From Nitrospirota bacterium (GTDB lineage Bacteria > Nitrospirota > UBA9217), in assembly GCA_035623825.1 (NCBI GenBank), contig DASPSR010000042.1, positions 36,883-100,882 on the forward strand: 64,000 bases of DNA, in the 5' to 3' direction. Below are positions 1 to 10,014 of this stretch, piece by piece. Under the pieces are notes generated by a model that was given only the letters and a program-made list of their open reading frames with translations, searched no databases and was not told the origin of the DNA. The stretch's first letter is position 1. The number at the start of each line of letters is the position of its first letter. The position numbers and the translations under genes are program-made.

Positions 1-607
1 GAGGCATGTGCTGCGAAATCATAATGGCTGCGCCAAAGTCAGGTGGCAATGAGGTGAGAATTGCCTGAATCGCGGGCGGTCCTCCCGTAGACGACGCGAT
101 GGCCACCATTTCGATGGGGCTTCTCTCGACGCGCTCATCATCTTCTTTCCGCGCCGGAAAGGTAACTCGTTCCCGGGAAATGAGCGCGATCGTCGACTTG
201 ACCTTGTCCATCTCCAGGTTCAGGACGGCGTGAACCTTGGACACAAGCTCGTCCCGGATACTCTCGATACTCTTCGAGATCCGTGCCTCGGGCTTGGCAA
301 GAAAATCCACAGCGCCAAGTTCCATGGCGCGGAAGACGCTGCGGCTGTCAGAGCGAGAGGAGAGCACGAGCACAGGCGTCGGGCATTCCTTCATGAGCCA
401 CCGCAGGAAGGTAAACCCGTCCATGTTCGGCATTTCAAGATCAAGGGTAATCACGTCCGGCTGGAGCCGAAGCGTCTTCGCAATGGCATCCACTCCGTCA
501 TTTGCGCTCCCGATGACCTCAATCTCTTCATCGCTTGTGAGCATTCGGGTGATGACCGTTCGGTTGTATGCGGAATCGTCTACCACCAGGGCCTTGATCT
601 TGTCCAT
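1..607 (-). CDS. cheB: Chemotaxis response regulator protein-glutamate methylesterase CheB (5' part; runs off the window edge)
   Basis: Manual translation from ATG 607: MDKIKALVVDDSAYNR...DVITLDLEMPNMDG (REC), then VAIASSTGGPPA...ISQHMP (esterase Ser and His motifs). Not in the ORF track because it is truncated. Confidence 0.93.
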   Translation of the reverse strand, partial: MDKIKALVVDDSAYNRTVITRMLTSDEEIEVIGSANDGVDAIAKTLRLQPDVITLDLEMPNMDGFTFLRWLMKECPTPVLVLSSRSDSRSVFRAMELGAVDFLAKPEARISKSIESIRDELVSKVHAVLNLEMDKVKSTIALISRERVTFPARKEDDERVERSPIEMVAIASSTGGPPAIQAILTSLPPDFGAAIMISQHMP

Positions 608-730
608 TAAAGACTCTCCGTGATGAAGCTCGAATCATGAACGAACATCATATGAACGTCAAGTGCCGAGCACAAAGCTCCAAGCGTCCTGAAATGCGCG
701 CCCTTGAGCTTGTGATTTATTGCAGATTCA

Positions 731-1609
731 CTATTTGAAACTTGGGATTCCAATTTTCGTCCTCACAGGCTTCTCGTACACCATATCGTTCTTAAGCGTG
801 CGCAGCGCAAAGGCGTTCGAGATATTAATCAGGGATTCCGAGTGCCCCAAGAGGAGATACCCGCCCTCACGGAGCTTTTCGTAAAAACTCTCGATCACCT
901 TTTTCTTCGCCTCCTTGTCGAAATAGATGATGACGTTCCGACAGAAGATGACATCCATGTTACTAATCAGGCTGGTTTTATGCGGGTCAAGAAGGTTCAG
1001 GTAGCTGAACGAAACGAGCTCGCGCACCCGGTCGGCGATGCGGTAATTCCCTTTTTCCTCTTCAATGAAGTATTTCGCCAGCATCTCCGGGCTTGTCACC
1101 CGGTGCGCGCTTTTTTTATAGACTCCCTTGCGTGCGGTATGTAGAACCCTCTGGTTGATGTCGCTTCCCAGGATCTCCACACGCCAGTCGCGCCACCAGT
1201 CCCCGGACTCGAACAGGAGGATAGCGATGGTATAAGGCTCCTCCCCGGTGGAGCATCCGGCGCTCCATATCCGAAGAACCTTGCGATCAGCAAGTGTCTC
1301 ACGTAAGTCGGGCAAGATTTCCTCGGAAAAGGCGCGGAGCTGCGGGCCCTCGCGGAAAAAATAGGTCTCATTCGTGGTGAGGTTGTCCACGAGAATGGCG
1401 AGTTCCTCTTCCCTCTTCCGGTCATAGCGGAGAAAATGGTAATACTCTTCGAAGCTCTTGAGCTGACGCTGCTCGAGCCGGCGCGTGAGCCTGCGCTCCA
1501 GCAGGAACTTGGAGCCGTCGTCAAAGTAAATGCCGCAGTATCCGTGGATGAACTCCCGGAGAAGCCTGAAGATGTCGTCAGGCAGCGGAATTGTCATTTC
1601 TTCTAGCAT
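731..1609 (-). CDS. cheR: Chemotaxis methyltransferase CheR
   Basis: TTNETYFFRE, RIWSAGCSTGEEPYT, DVIFCRNVIIYFD and LLLGHSES motifs. Confidence 0.96.
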   Translation of the reverse strand: MLEEMTIPLPDDIFRLLREFIHGYCGIYFDDGSKFLLERRLTRRLEQRQLKSFEEYYHFLRYDRKREEELAILVDNLTTNETYFFREGPQLRAFSEEILPDLRETLADRKVLRIWSAGCSTGEEPYTIAILLFESGDWWRDWRVEILGSDINQRVLHTARKGVYKKSAHRVTSPEMLAKYFIEEEKGNYRIADRVRELVSFSYLNLLDPHKTSLISNMDVIFCRNVIIYFDKEAKKKVIESFYEKLREGGYLLLGHSESLINISNAFALRTLKNDMVYEKPVRTKIGIPSFK

Positions 1610-3604
1610 TTATCTCCTCAACGCATCCTTCGCGGCCTGTCGAACGGCCGTATCCGGATCTCCGTCGGCAATTCGCTCCAGCACAGGTTCGGCCGATGTG
1701 TCCTTTTTCTGCTTAACGATCTCTATCGCTGCCTTTCTCACGCTCCAGTGAGGATCGGACAATCGAGAAAAGATGATTTGCCGGACAGAGGCCCAATGAT
1801 AACCGGAAAGAGCCACGAGCACCGTTTTGCGCACCTCAGGATCGGCGTGGCTAGCGAGCCTGAGGAGCGGATCCAGCGCGAGCTCCGTTCTAAGCTTTCC
1901 CACGACATCCACGAGGGCAAGAAGAAAAATGTCCGTCGCTGTATCCAGATGCACCGCAAGAACCTCTCCGGCCTTCTCGCCGCCGAACCTTCCCAGACCG
2001 CGTGCGGCAGCTGCCCGCACCCAGAGGTCGTCGTCCTCAAGGAGCGGGATGAGGATATCGGGAACTTCGGGGGCACTTGTATTGCCGAGCGCATCAGCGG
2101 CCATCATCCTGACCTCAGGGTCGTCATCGGTAACGGCGTGTATCAATGAACGTAGGGCCTTATCTCCCGAAATGTTGCCGAGAGCACGGACAACGGCCTT
2201 TCTTACATCTGGCTCCTCGTCCTTGAGCGCAAAGGCAAGAGCATCGGCTGCCTTGTCGGTCGTGAATCTGCCGAGCAGGAGCGCGATGTTCCTGCGCATG
2301 GGTGCGTCCCGAGACGTAAAGTCCTTTACAAGGTCATCGAGGGCGGACTCGTCGCCGATCTCCGCCAGTGCTCGTATTGCCGATTCCTGAACGCTCGGAT
2401 ATTCGTCTGTGAGCACATCAAGGAGTGGTTTGACGGCTTTCCGGCTCCTCAAGCGCCCGAGCGCCTCCGCTGCCGCGCTACGCACATGACCGTTCTCGTC
2501 CATCAGTAGACCGATAAGGGGATCTTCAATATCCCGGCCCCCGGCGTCGCCGAGCACCCTCGCCACCGTCCTTCTCACGAGCGCATTATCGTCGGAGAGA
2601 TAACCCAGCAGAAAAGGCACACGGTCTCCGTCTATGTTCCTAAGCGCTTGTGCTATCGGTTCTTCCATGTCCTCATCTTTCAGAAGTGCAAGCAGTTTTT
2701 TGATGGAGGTCTCCCTCCCGGCCCACCCGAGCACCGCGACGGCCGACTTCTGGAGCTCTCCTGTGCTCGTGATGAGCATCTCTTCCAGAAGGTCTACTGC
2801 CCGGTCGTTCATGTTGGCACGAATAGTCCTTATCATGCGTTCCCGATCATCATGCGTGCTCTTTCGGTATATCGCAGTCAGTGCTACCATAGCGACCTCG
2901 CGCACGATTCTAAGCGTATCGGCAAGGCCCGCGATGAGCGGCATAAGCGTATTGACATTACCAATCTTGCCGATTGATTCGATTACCGGCTCTCTCAGGC
3001 TGCCCCGGCAGAGAGCTGCTATGAGCGGTCCGAGGGCTCGGTCGTCACCGATTTCTCCCAGAGCCTCGGCAGCGGCATAGTTAAGCCAGCTCTGGTGGTC
3101 TCGAGTCAGACAGGCAAGCAGCGGTTCGACTGCGCGGCGGTCCTTTATCTTGCCAAGCGCTTCGGCTGATGCCACACAGATATTATCATCGGGGTCCTTT
3201 GCCAGTACCCCGATCAGGGCGGGTACGGCCCTTGAATCCCTGATATCTCCGAGGATGTCGACAATAAATTTGCGAACATCTGCATCCGGCGTTTCAAGGG
3301 ATATAAGCAGGGCATCGACAGCTGGGGTGCCGATCTTGACCAGAGCTTCAATCGCCGAGTTCCGCGAACCGGCGTTGTCATCGGCGGAGAGGGACCGGAT
3401 GAGCCCCTCGATGACATCATTGCTGCCGATTGCCACTAGTGCCTCGACTGCCGTCTTCCGGACTCGCCAGTCAGTATCACCCATGGCACTGAAGAGCAGG
3501 GGCACGGCATTCCGGCCTACGCGGCTAAGATCGACAGCCGCCTCCCGTCGCTCCTCCGCATCGCTATCCTGCAGTTTCTTCCTTAAAAATTCAAGATTCG
3601 GCAT
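1610..3604 (-). CDS. HEAT/PBS-lyase repeat protein
   Basis: Many ~31-aa repeats of type D.D..VR..AA.ALG.IGD..A...L; abuts cheR and overlaps cheW. Confidence 0.92.
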   Translation of the reverse strand: MPNLEFLRKKLQDSDAEERREAAVDLSRVGRNAVPLLFSAMGDTDWRVRKTAVEALVAIGSNDVIEGLIRSLSADDNAGSRNSAIEALVKIGTPAVDALLISLETPDADVRKFIVDILGDIRDSRAVPALIGVLAKDPDDNICVASAEALGKIKDRRAVEPLLACLTRDHQSWLNYAAAEALGEIGDDRALGPLIAALCRGSLREPVIESIGKIGNVNTLMPLIAGLADTLRIVREVAMVALTAIYRKSTHDDRERMIRTIRANMNDRAVDLLEEMLITSTGELQKSAVAVLGWAGRETSIKKLLALLKDEDMEEPIAQALRNIDGDRVPFLLGYLSDDNALVRRTVARVLGDAGGRDIEDPLIGLLMDENGHVRSAAAEALGRLRSRKAVKPLLDVLTDEYPSVQESAIRALAEIGDESALDDLVKDFTSRDAPMRRNIALLLGRFTTDKAADALAFALKDEEPDVRKAVVRALGNISGDKALRSLIHAVTDDDPEVRMMAADALGNTSAPEVPDILIPLLEDDDLWVRAAAARGLGRFGGEKAGEVLAVHLDTATDIFLLALVDVVGKLRTELALDPLLRLASHADPEVRKTVLVALSGYHWASVRQIIFSRLSDPHWSVRKAAIEIVKQKKDTSAEPVLERIADGDPDTAVRQAAKDALRR

Positions 3605-4118
3605 TGCCCGCCTCCGCCAGCGCTGAGCGCTCCTGCTGGCTTAAGATCTTGGTTATGTCAAGAAGAATTATAAGCCCGTCGGCCACTTTCCCCATGCCGG
3701 TGATGAAATCGCCGCTCGCTCCCGTGGCCACTTCCGGCGCAGGTTCGATATCTTTTTTTGGAACATGGAGCACTTCGTTCACACCATCCACGACCAGACC
3801 GATCAGACCTCTCCCGGTGCCATTAGCACCTTGGAGGGCGCCCCGCATGATCATCATGCGCATCTTCCGTGGATTGTCGTGAATCGTTGCCAGTGCAAAG
3901 CGCTTGCGCAAGTCAATGATAGGGATGATGGCTCCGCGCAAATTGATCACACCTTCTATAAACTTCGGCATCCGCGGAAGTGGTGTGATTCTGTGCGGGC
4001 GAACGATCTCGGTGATCGAATTGATCTCCAGCCCGTACACCTCCGGCCCTATGTGGAATGTAACGAGTTGAAGGGTTTCATCCGCAACAACCGCCTGTTT
4101 TGCTTTCTTGTCGTTCAT
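3591..4118 (-). CDS. cheW: Chemotaxis coupling protein CheW
   Basis: QLVTFHIGPEVYGL, IEGVINLRGAIIPIIDLR, GLVVDGVNEV. Confidence 0.95.
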   Translation of the reverse strand: MNDKKAKQAVVADETLQLVTFHIGPEVYGLEINSITEIVRPHRITPLPRMPKFIEGVINLRGAIIPIIDLRKRFALATIHDNPRKMRMMIMRGALQGANGTGRGLIGLVVDGVNEVLHVPKKDIEPAPEVATGASGDFITGMGKVADGLIILLDITKILSQQERSALAEAGNAES

Positions 4119-4202
4119 ATTAAAAGTCTCTCACAATCAACGATAGATGCAAAAAACAATAACGGCTAACAGCAGTCAATATATATCCTTCATCTCCCCG
4201 TC

Positions 4203-6290
4203 TTACATCCTGAATTTCTGGATCTCATTCTTGAGCGAACCAGCCTGGTCGGCCATAATTTCCACGGCACTGTTGAGCCCAGCAGCCTGACTTGCATTTT
4301 CCTTGGCTATTTGCTTGATGCGCTCGATTGCCTTTACGATCATATTGCTGCCGGTCTGCACCTCACCTGTCGCTCTGTTCACCAGAGTGATCTTTGCGCT
4401 CATGTTCTCGACCGCCGCCGTGATGTCTTTCCCGGCCTTTGCCTGCCCTTCTGTTGATGTTCTGACAAATCGCGTGATCTCGCTCATTTTCTCGGATGCC
4501 CGCGCAATCTGCTCACTGGCCGATTTCTGCTCATTAGCGGCCTTGGCGATCTGGAGGGTCATCCCGCTGATCCGTTCGACGGCTTCGCTTACCTGCCTGA
4601 TGCTCCGCACTTGTTCTGCAGCCGCGCGGTTGATGCTCCTGCTCATGTCACGAGACTGGTCCGCCCGTTCCAGGATCTTTCGAAGTGTCTGACCCGCATC
4701 CTTGGAAAGCCGCATTCCCTCTTCCACGATAGCGACCCCTTCCTGCATGACTCCGGCGGCTACTTTGGATTCTTCCTGCACAGAAGCAATGAGATTGCCG
4801 ATTTCCTGTGTTGATGCGGCCGTACGGTTCGATAGGTCGCGTATTTCCGCAGCCACCACCGAAAAACCCTTGCCGTGCTCTCCCGCCTGTGCCGCGAGGA
4901 TCGCGGCATTCAGGGCAAGAAGGCCTGTCTGATCCGTAATATCCTCAATGACAGTAAGAATGCTCCCGATACTCTCGACGCGACCGACGAGACGGTTCAC
5001 CACATCGGCGGTCCGCCGCGCTGCTGCATCGATTCTGCCCATGCCCTCGATGGTCTTGTCGATAGAGTGCATGCCAAGTTGCTGGGCATCAGAGGCAACC
5101 GCCTCCGAAAGAGCAAGAGACTGTCTTGCGGTCTCCTCGACCTCTTTTACCGATGTGCTAATCTCGGACGATGACGCCGCTGTATCCGCTGCAGCAGCTG
5201 AAAGCAACTCGACGTTTCCAGCGATCTGCCGGATCGCGACGGACATCTGGGCTATAGCCGAAGTTGTTTCCTCGATAGATGCCGAAAGTTCGTGCATAGT
5301 CCGTGCCACCTCGTCCACAGAGGCGACCGTTTCGATCACGGATGAGGAGGTCTGCGTCGACGTTGCAAACAGGTCTTGAGCGGTTCCTGCGATTTCCTTG
5401 AGGGCAAAATGCATCTCGTTTACAGATGATGCCGCCTCGTCGACGGACTCGGCCTGCGTGCGGCTCCCGGTTGCTATCCGGGCGGAAGCTCCCTTGACTT
5501 CGGTTGAGACCGACTCCACATTCATCGCTGCCTGCTGTACATTTCCGATCATGCCCTTGAGTCCGGTGATCATGCGATTTAGTCCCCTCCCGAGCATCCC
5601 GAATTCGTCATGGGATGCGATGCGTACGCTCTGCGTGAGGTCTCCGGCGGCGATGTTCGATGCCACGGACACCGCTTCCTTCGTCGGCACAACGATCATC
5701 TTCCGCGCCATCATATAGACCATCGCAGCCAACGCGAGCACGATCGCAACGCTCGTTCCGAGCAGCAGGAATACTATTCCTCGGACGTTCTGCTTCGCCC
5801 CAGTCCTCGAGAACCCCATCCAGACCGTGCCTAGCTTGGTTTCTCCGGTCTTGATGTCGACCGGGATTTCAAGGACATCGAACTGCGCCTTCACCTTGGC
5901 TGCAAGTGCGGGCGCGCTGTCCGATGTGTTCTGCAAGAGGAATTCATGCAGTTCGGGATTCTCCCGGTTGAAACTGGTTACGACATTGTTCAAGACCGCG
6001 TCCGACGAATCCGTAACATAGGTGTAAAGCATATCCTGAGTTTTGACCGCATCGGCAACAAGGCTTTCAAGCTTTTTCATGTCTTTCTGGAGAATTGGGT
6101 CCGTTACTGCCTTGCCGAGGAACATTCCCAGATCCTTCCCGTGCGTCTCGATATGCCGGTACTGATCGGCTGACATGGTCCGGGCTACAAAGGCCGTGCC
6201 CAGAACCATAAGCGCAAGAATAACACCGGTGATTACGACGGCGAGCTTTAAGCCCATGCTTGCCTCGATCTTTTCCTTCAGATCCAGCAT
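4203..6290 (-). CDS. Methyl-accepting chemotaxis protein (2 TM, periplasmic sensor, HAMP, long signalling domain)
   Basis: Hairpin tip [30 protein letters not shown]; HAMP (GDLT...DEFGMLG); about 445 aa after the HAMP. Confidence 0.95.
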   Translation of the reverse strand: MLDLKEKIEASMGLKLAVVITGVILALMVLGTAFVARTMSADQYRHIETHGKDLGMFLGKAVTDPILQKDMKKLESLVADAVKTQDMLYTYVTDSSDAVLNNVVTSFNRENPELHEFLLQNTSDSAPALAAKVKAQFDVLEIPVDIKTGETKLGTVWMGFSRTGAKQNVRGIVFLLLGTSVAIVLALAAMVYMMARKMIVVPTKEAVSVASNIAAGDLTQSVRIASHDEFGMLGRGLNRMITGLKGMIGNVQQAAMNVESVSTEVKGASARIATGSRTQAESVDEAASSVNEMHFALKEIAGTAQDLFATSTQTSSSVIETVASVDEVARTMHELSASIEETTSAIAQMSVAIRQIAGNVELLSAAAADTAASSSEISTSVKEVEETARQSLALSEAVASDAQQLGMHSIDKTIEGMGRIDAAARRTADVVNRLVGRVESIGSILTVIEDITDQTGLLALNAAILAAQAGEHGKGFSVVAAEIRDLSNRTAASTQEIGNLIASVQEESKVAAGVMQEGVAIVEEGMRLSKDAGQTLRKILERADQSRDMSRSINRAAAEQVRSIRQVSEAVERISGMTLQIAKAANEQKSASEQIARASEKMSEITRFVRTSTEGQAKAGKDITAAVENMSAKITLVNRATGEVQTGSNMIVKAIERIKQIAKENASQAAGLNSAVEIMADQAGSLKNEIQKFRM

Positions 6291-6883
6291 CAGATCCTCC
6301 CGAGTGCACGCACCGCATGAAGCGGGCCCGTCACGTTCCTCATCTCATGATTTCCGCGCGCATACCTCATGCGCTCTGGACGGCTGACAATCCGAGATAC
6401 TGACAGTCTGAGAAAGAGTATAAGAATGATAAAAATGGCGGGATACTCGAACAGGGCGCCCGCTGCATAGGCCGCAGGCTTGCTGTCGAGATCGGCGGGG
6501 TATACGGAGATGCGGTTTTCTCCCGGCCTTCTCTGGTCCAGAGAGATCGGAAGCGGCCCAATCGTGATGCGTTTGTCGGCGAGAACTGGCTTTCCGATAT
6601 GACCGAGCGATTTCCTGCTGATGTCGGTTACTGTCAGCTCCTGAGCATCGGGCCGAGACAGAAAATTTTGATCCATGATGTCTTTCCCGCTGAGGTTCGT
6701 CATCAGCAGATACGGCGCGGCACGCTCAGGTATGAGCTTAAAGAACTGTTCCCCATTGATCCGGGTATTTGCCAGAATATTCCGTGTCTCCGCGAAATAC
6801 CGGCCAGTCCCGATCAGGCTCATGGTCACAAAAAGCCCCGAAACGGTCAGAAAAATGATGCTTTGTCGAACACCAATCTGCAT
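6290..6883 (-). CDS. Hypothetical 2-TM protein resembling an isolated or decaying receptor sensor module
   Basis: TM1, ~120-aa periplasmic-like region, TM2 and ...SRIVSRP, with no signalling domain; stop overlaps the ATG of the next MCP (TGATG). Confidence 0.5.
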   Translation of the reverse strand: MQIGVRQSIIFLTVSGLFVTMSLIGTGRYFAETRNILANTRINGEQFFKLIPERAAPYLLMTNLSGKDIMDQNFLSRPDAQELTVTDISRKSLGHIGKPVLADKRITIGPLPISLDQRRPGENRISVYPADLDSKPAAYAAGALFEYPAIFIILILFLRLSVSRIVSRPERMRYARGNHEMRNVTGPLHAVRALGRI

Positions 6884-6987
6884 ACGCTATCTCTGTTGAT
6901 CCTCGCAACGAAGTACAGGAGTCAGACATATCACGATGAGTCATGCTTTCTCGGGGCTGCTGTTGTTATCGATCTCTAAAGTCCCTC

Positions 6988-9081
6988 TTAAAACTTGAAA
7001 CCTTGCAACTCCGCCTGGAGCGCATCTGCCCGCGACTTCAGCGTCTGCGCTGCCATATCCATCTCGACCGACACATCGACGTTTTCCCGGGTGATATTCT
7101 GGATGCGGTTGACCGCGTTGCTAATCTGCTGCGCCCCGACGCTCTGTTCTGATGTGGAGCGAGCGACCTGGGTGGCCTGCGTCTTCACTGAATCGATGGT
7201 ATTGGCAATATGCCTGCTTCCAGTGGTCTGTTCTTGGATTGCTATCTTCATCTGCCGGGTGATGTCACGCATCTTTTCCGAGGCGTTAGCTATCCGCTCG
7301 CTACCTCTCCGCTGCTCTTGCATTGCGCCTGCGATCTGCTCGATCTGGCTTGCGATACTGACAGCGGCCTCCGTGATCTGGGAAATACCCCTGGTCTGTT
7401 CCGCTGTCGTCCTCTCAATGGCACGGGCCATGTCCGCTGACTGCTTCGAGCTGTCCGAAACCTGCTGCAGCACGTCGCTGGTCACGTGCACGAGAGCGGA
7501 GCCGGTCTCAACGGCCTTGAGACCTCTATCCATGGCCTGCATGCTTTGTTCCGTTTCTTCCCGCACAGCGACGATCAGGCTCGTGATCTCCTGGGTCGAG
7601 GCCGCGGTGCGCTCGGCCAGGTCCTTGATCTCTTCGGCCACCACCGCGAATCCTTTCCCGTGTTCTCCAGCCTGAGCAGCGAGAATAGCGGCATTCAACG
7701 CGAGGAGGCTCGTCTGATCCGTTACTTCGTCAATGACCTTCAATATCTGGCCGATCTCTTGGGAGCGTTTGCCGAGGCGGTTTACCACGTCCGCTGTCGC
7801 CTCGACAGTTTCCTTGATGTTGTTCATCCCCCGTATCGCCTCTTTTGCCGCGTTCATCCCGCGGTCCGAGGCCTCTGTCGAGACCCGTTCCGCCAGCTGG
7901 GCAGCTTCCAAAGCGCGTTGTTCGACTTCTTTCACCGTGGAACTCATCTCAGTGATGGACGACGACGTCTGTTCCGCTGATGCTGAGAGCGTCTCCGTAT
8001 TTTCAGACACCTGTTTAATGGAAGCAAGCATCTGCTCGATGGACGACGCCGTGTCCTCGGCCGCCGCGGAGAGTACGCCAGCGTTTTTTGCCACCTCTTC
8101 GACCGATGAGGCCATTTCCGACGCTGACGATGAGACATCCGTTGCTGCTTGGGACATTTCACTTGCATTTTCCGCGACTCCCTTGATCGAGGCGTTCATC
8201 TGATTCACGATCGTCGCGGTCTGTTCGGTGGCCTCCTGCTGGACCTTGGCGCCTTCACCCATCTTCACCGTGGCGCTAGTCATGAGTTTCATGGCGTCGC
8301 CCAGGCTCCCGCTCGTCTGCTTGATCTTACCAAGCATCTCCCGCAGGTTCGATGACATCGTGTTGATTGCCGACCCGAGGGACATAATCTCGGACCCTCC
8401 CGCGGCAGTGATCTCCCGAGAGAGGTCTCCTGCGGCCATCATGGCCGCAGTCTTCGACATATCTGTTATCGGCTGAGTGATTTGCCTATCAACAAACAGG
8501 TTGACTAGAGCCAAGGCCACCAGAAAACTGATGACACCTACCACCAGGGACCACATGAGCAGGCTGTGGACCTGTCTGTTGACCGCCGACTCTTTCAACG
8601 CAATGCGGAAAACCCCGATCTTCTTTCCATCGACACTCATAAGAGGAATGACTTGCTCATAGTGTCCCCCGTGGGCATCTGAATACGAATGGACCATGGG
8701 CGCTGTTGCCGCGATCGCGTTCCTAGTGGGCTCATCGTTTAACACCGTGCTCTCCATTGTCTTGTCGCTCGAATAGAGCACCTTGCCATCCGTGTCCAAA
8801 ACCATGGCCCGCGAGAGGTCCTTGTCTTCATCCGCCAGTCCGCGAAGTTTGTCCCCCATGCCGTCAAGCGCGTTCAGGGGAAGTCCGAACCCCACGGCCT
8901 TGGTAATGTCCTTCTTGATGCCATCGGCAAGAGAAGCGGTCCTGGCGATGAGCGCTTCCTTGTACCTGCTTGTTGCACTATAAATGTTGATCAGCGTATT
9001 GAACGCCAACACCAGCAGGAGGATGCTGGACGTCACAAGCACGGCTCTGTTCTTCAGATTCATTGAGGTTAGTATTTTCAT
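6988..9081 (-). CDS. Methyl-accepting chemotaxis protein (2 TM, Cache-like periplasmic sensor, HAMP, long signalling domain)
   Basis: [30 protein letters not shown]; periplasmic AMVLDTDGKVLYSSD; ATGA overlap with the upstream binding-protein gene. Confidence 0.95.
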   Translation of the reverse strand: MKILTSMNLKNRAVLVTSSILLLVLAFNTLINIYSATSRYKEALIARTASLADGIKKDITKAVGFGLPLNALDGMGDKLRGLADEDKDLSRAMVLDTDGKVLYSSDKTMESTVLNDEPTRNAIAATAPMVHSYSDAHGGHYEQVIPLMSVDGKKIGVFRIALKESAVNRQVHSLLMWSLVVGVISFLVALALVNLFVDRQITQPITDMSKTAAMMAAGDLSREITAAGGSEIMSLGSAINTMSSNLREMLGKIKQTSGSLGDAMKLMTSATVKMGEGAKVQQEATEQTATIVNQMNASIKGVAENASEMSQAATDVSSSASEMASSVEEVAKNAGVLSAAAEDTASSIEQMLASIKQVSENTETLSASAEQTSSSITEMSSTVKEVEQRALEAAQLAERVSTEASDRGMNAAKEAIRGMNNIKETVEATADVVNRLGKRSQEIGQILKVIDEVTDQTSLLALNAAILAAQAGEHGKGFAVVAEEIKDLAERTAASTQEITSLIVAVREETEQSMQAMDRGLKAVETGSALVHVTSDVLQQVSDSSKQSADMARAIERTTAEQTRGISQITEAAVSIASQIEQIAGAMQEQRRGSERIANASEKMRDITRQMKIAIQEQTTGSRHIANTIDSVKTQATQVARSTSEQSVGAQQISNAVNRIQNITRENVDVSVEMDMAAQTLKSRADALQAELQGFKF

Positions 9082-10007
9082 TTGATCACCTTCGTCGCGT
9101 CTGTAAGTAGATCGATGGGCACCTTGATTCCCATATCATTCGCTTCCTTGAGGTTCAGCACGAGCTCAACCAGCCGAGGGACCTGCGGGGGAATGCTCGC
9201 TGGGTTTTCGCCTTTGAGAAGACGCGCGACGATATGCGCCGCTGCTTCACCTTGTTCCACAGGGCTCGCCGCGAGCGTCAGGATAACCCCCTTCTCAGCT
9301 GAACCGCCGGTCTGGCTGATCGTGGGTATCTTGGTTCCATGCGCCGTTTTCACGATGGTATCGATCGCCTCGTTTGCGGCCGCGCTGACAGATATGAACA
9401 CTGCATCCGCCTTGCCTGCAAACACAAGCTTTCGGGCATCGTCGACCTTTTTAATCGGCATTCTCACCGTCTGGAATCCGTACTGGCTCTCAAGCTGAGC
9501 CAGCTCATCTGCCTGCTTCATGGAATCGGGTTCCGATTCATTGTAAATAATAGCGACCTTCGTGAAGGGCGTGATTTTTTTCAGGTATTTTAACAAGCTT
9601 GTCATCGGCACCTTTGAGCTTATGCCCGTCATATTCCTTGCCGAAACACCAACTGATCCCGGATCATAGACGCCTGCATACACGAGCGGAATATCCTTTG
9701 TCTCCTTGATCGATGCGAGTGCCGCCGGCGCGCCGTAGGTCACGAGCACATTGACATCGGCCACCACCAGCTTCCGGGCTGAGTTCGTCCAGGACATCGG
9801 ATCGGGCGAGGGCATCTGCAGCACCGTGTCGACCTTTCGGAAGTCGAACCCCTCCTTGGCCAGGGTGCCTACGAAGGTCTTATGCACTTCCTGATAGTAC
9901 CCGACGTTCCCGGACATGATCACGCCTACGGTCTTGTCCGCCGCCTCGACCGTCGCTGCGCAGCACACCAGCGTAATCGTTAATAACCAGTTTAGTCGTC
10001 TCATCAT
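9078..10007 (-). CDS. Periplasmic substrate-binding protein (ABC_sub_bind-like), with no transporter genes nearby
   Basis: Sec signal (VEA-AD); TKDIPLVYAGVYDP..G, NMTGISS, EQGEAAA..ARLLKGENPASIP, LVLNLKEA..MGIKVP..LL..AT.VI are typical of the family. Confidence 0.88.
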   Translation of the reverse strand: MMRRLNWLLTITLVCCAATVEAADKTVGVIMSGNVGYYQEVHKTFVGTLAKEGFDFRKVDTVLQMPSPDPMSWTNSARKLVVADVNVLVTYGAPAALASIKETKDIPLVYAGVYDPGSVGVSARNMTGISSKVPMTSLLKYLKKITPFTKVAIIYNESEPDSMKQADELAQLESQYGFQTVRMPIKKVDDARKLVFAGKADAVFISVSAAANEAIDTIVKTAHGTKIPTISQTGGSAEKGVILTLAASPVEQGEAAAHIVARLLKGENPASIPPQVPRLVELVLNLKEANDMGIKVPIDLLTDATKVIK

Positions 10008-10014
10008 CCCTCCC

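Noticed and set aside
1610-3604. HEAT repeats as a phycobiliprotein lyase or DNA repeat array
   Set aside because: Repeats are at protein level, no phycobiliprotein genes are present, and the context is chemosensory.
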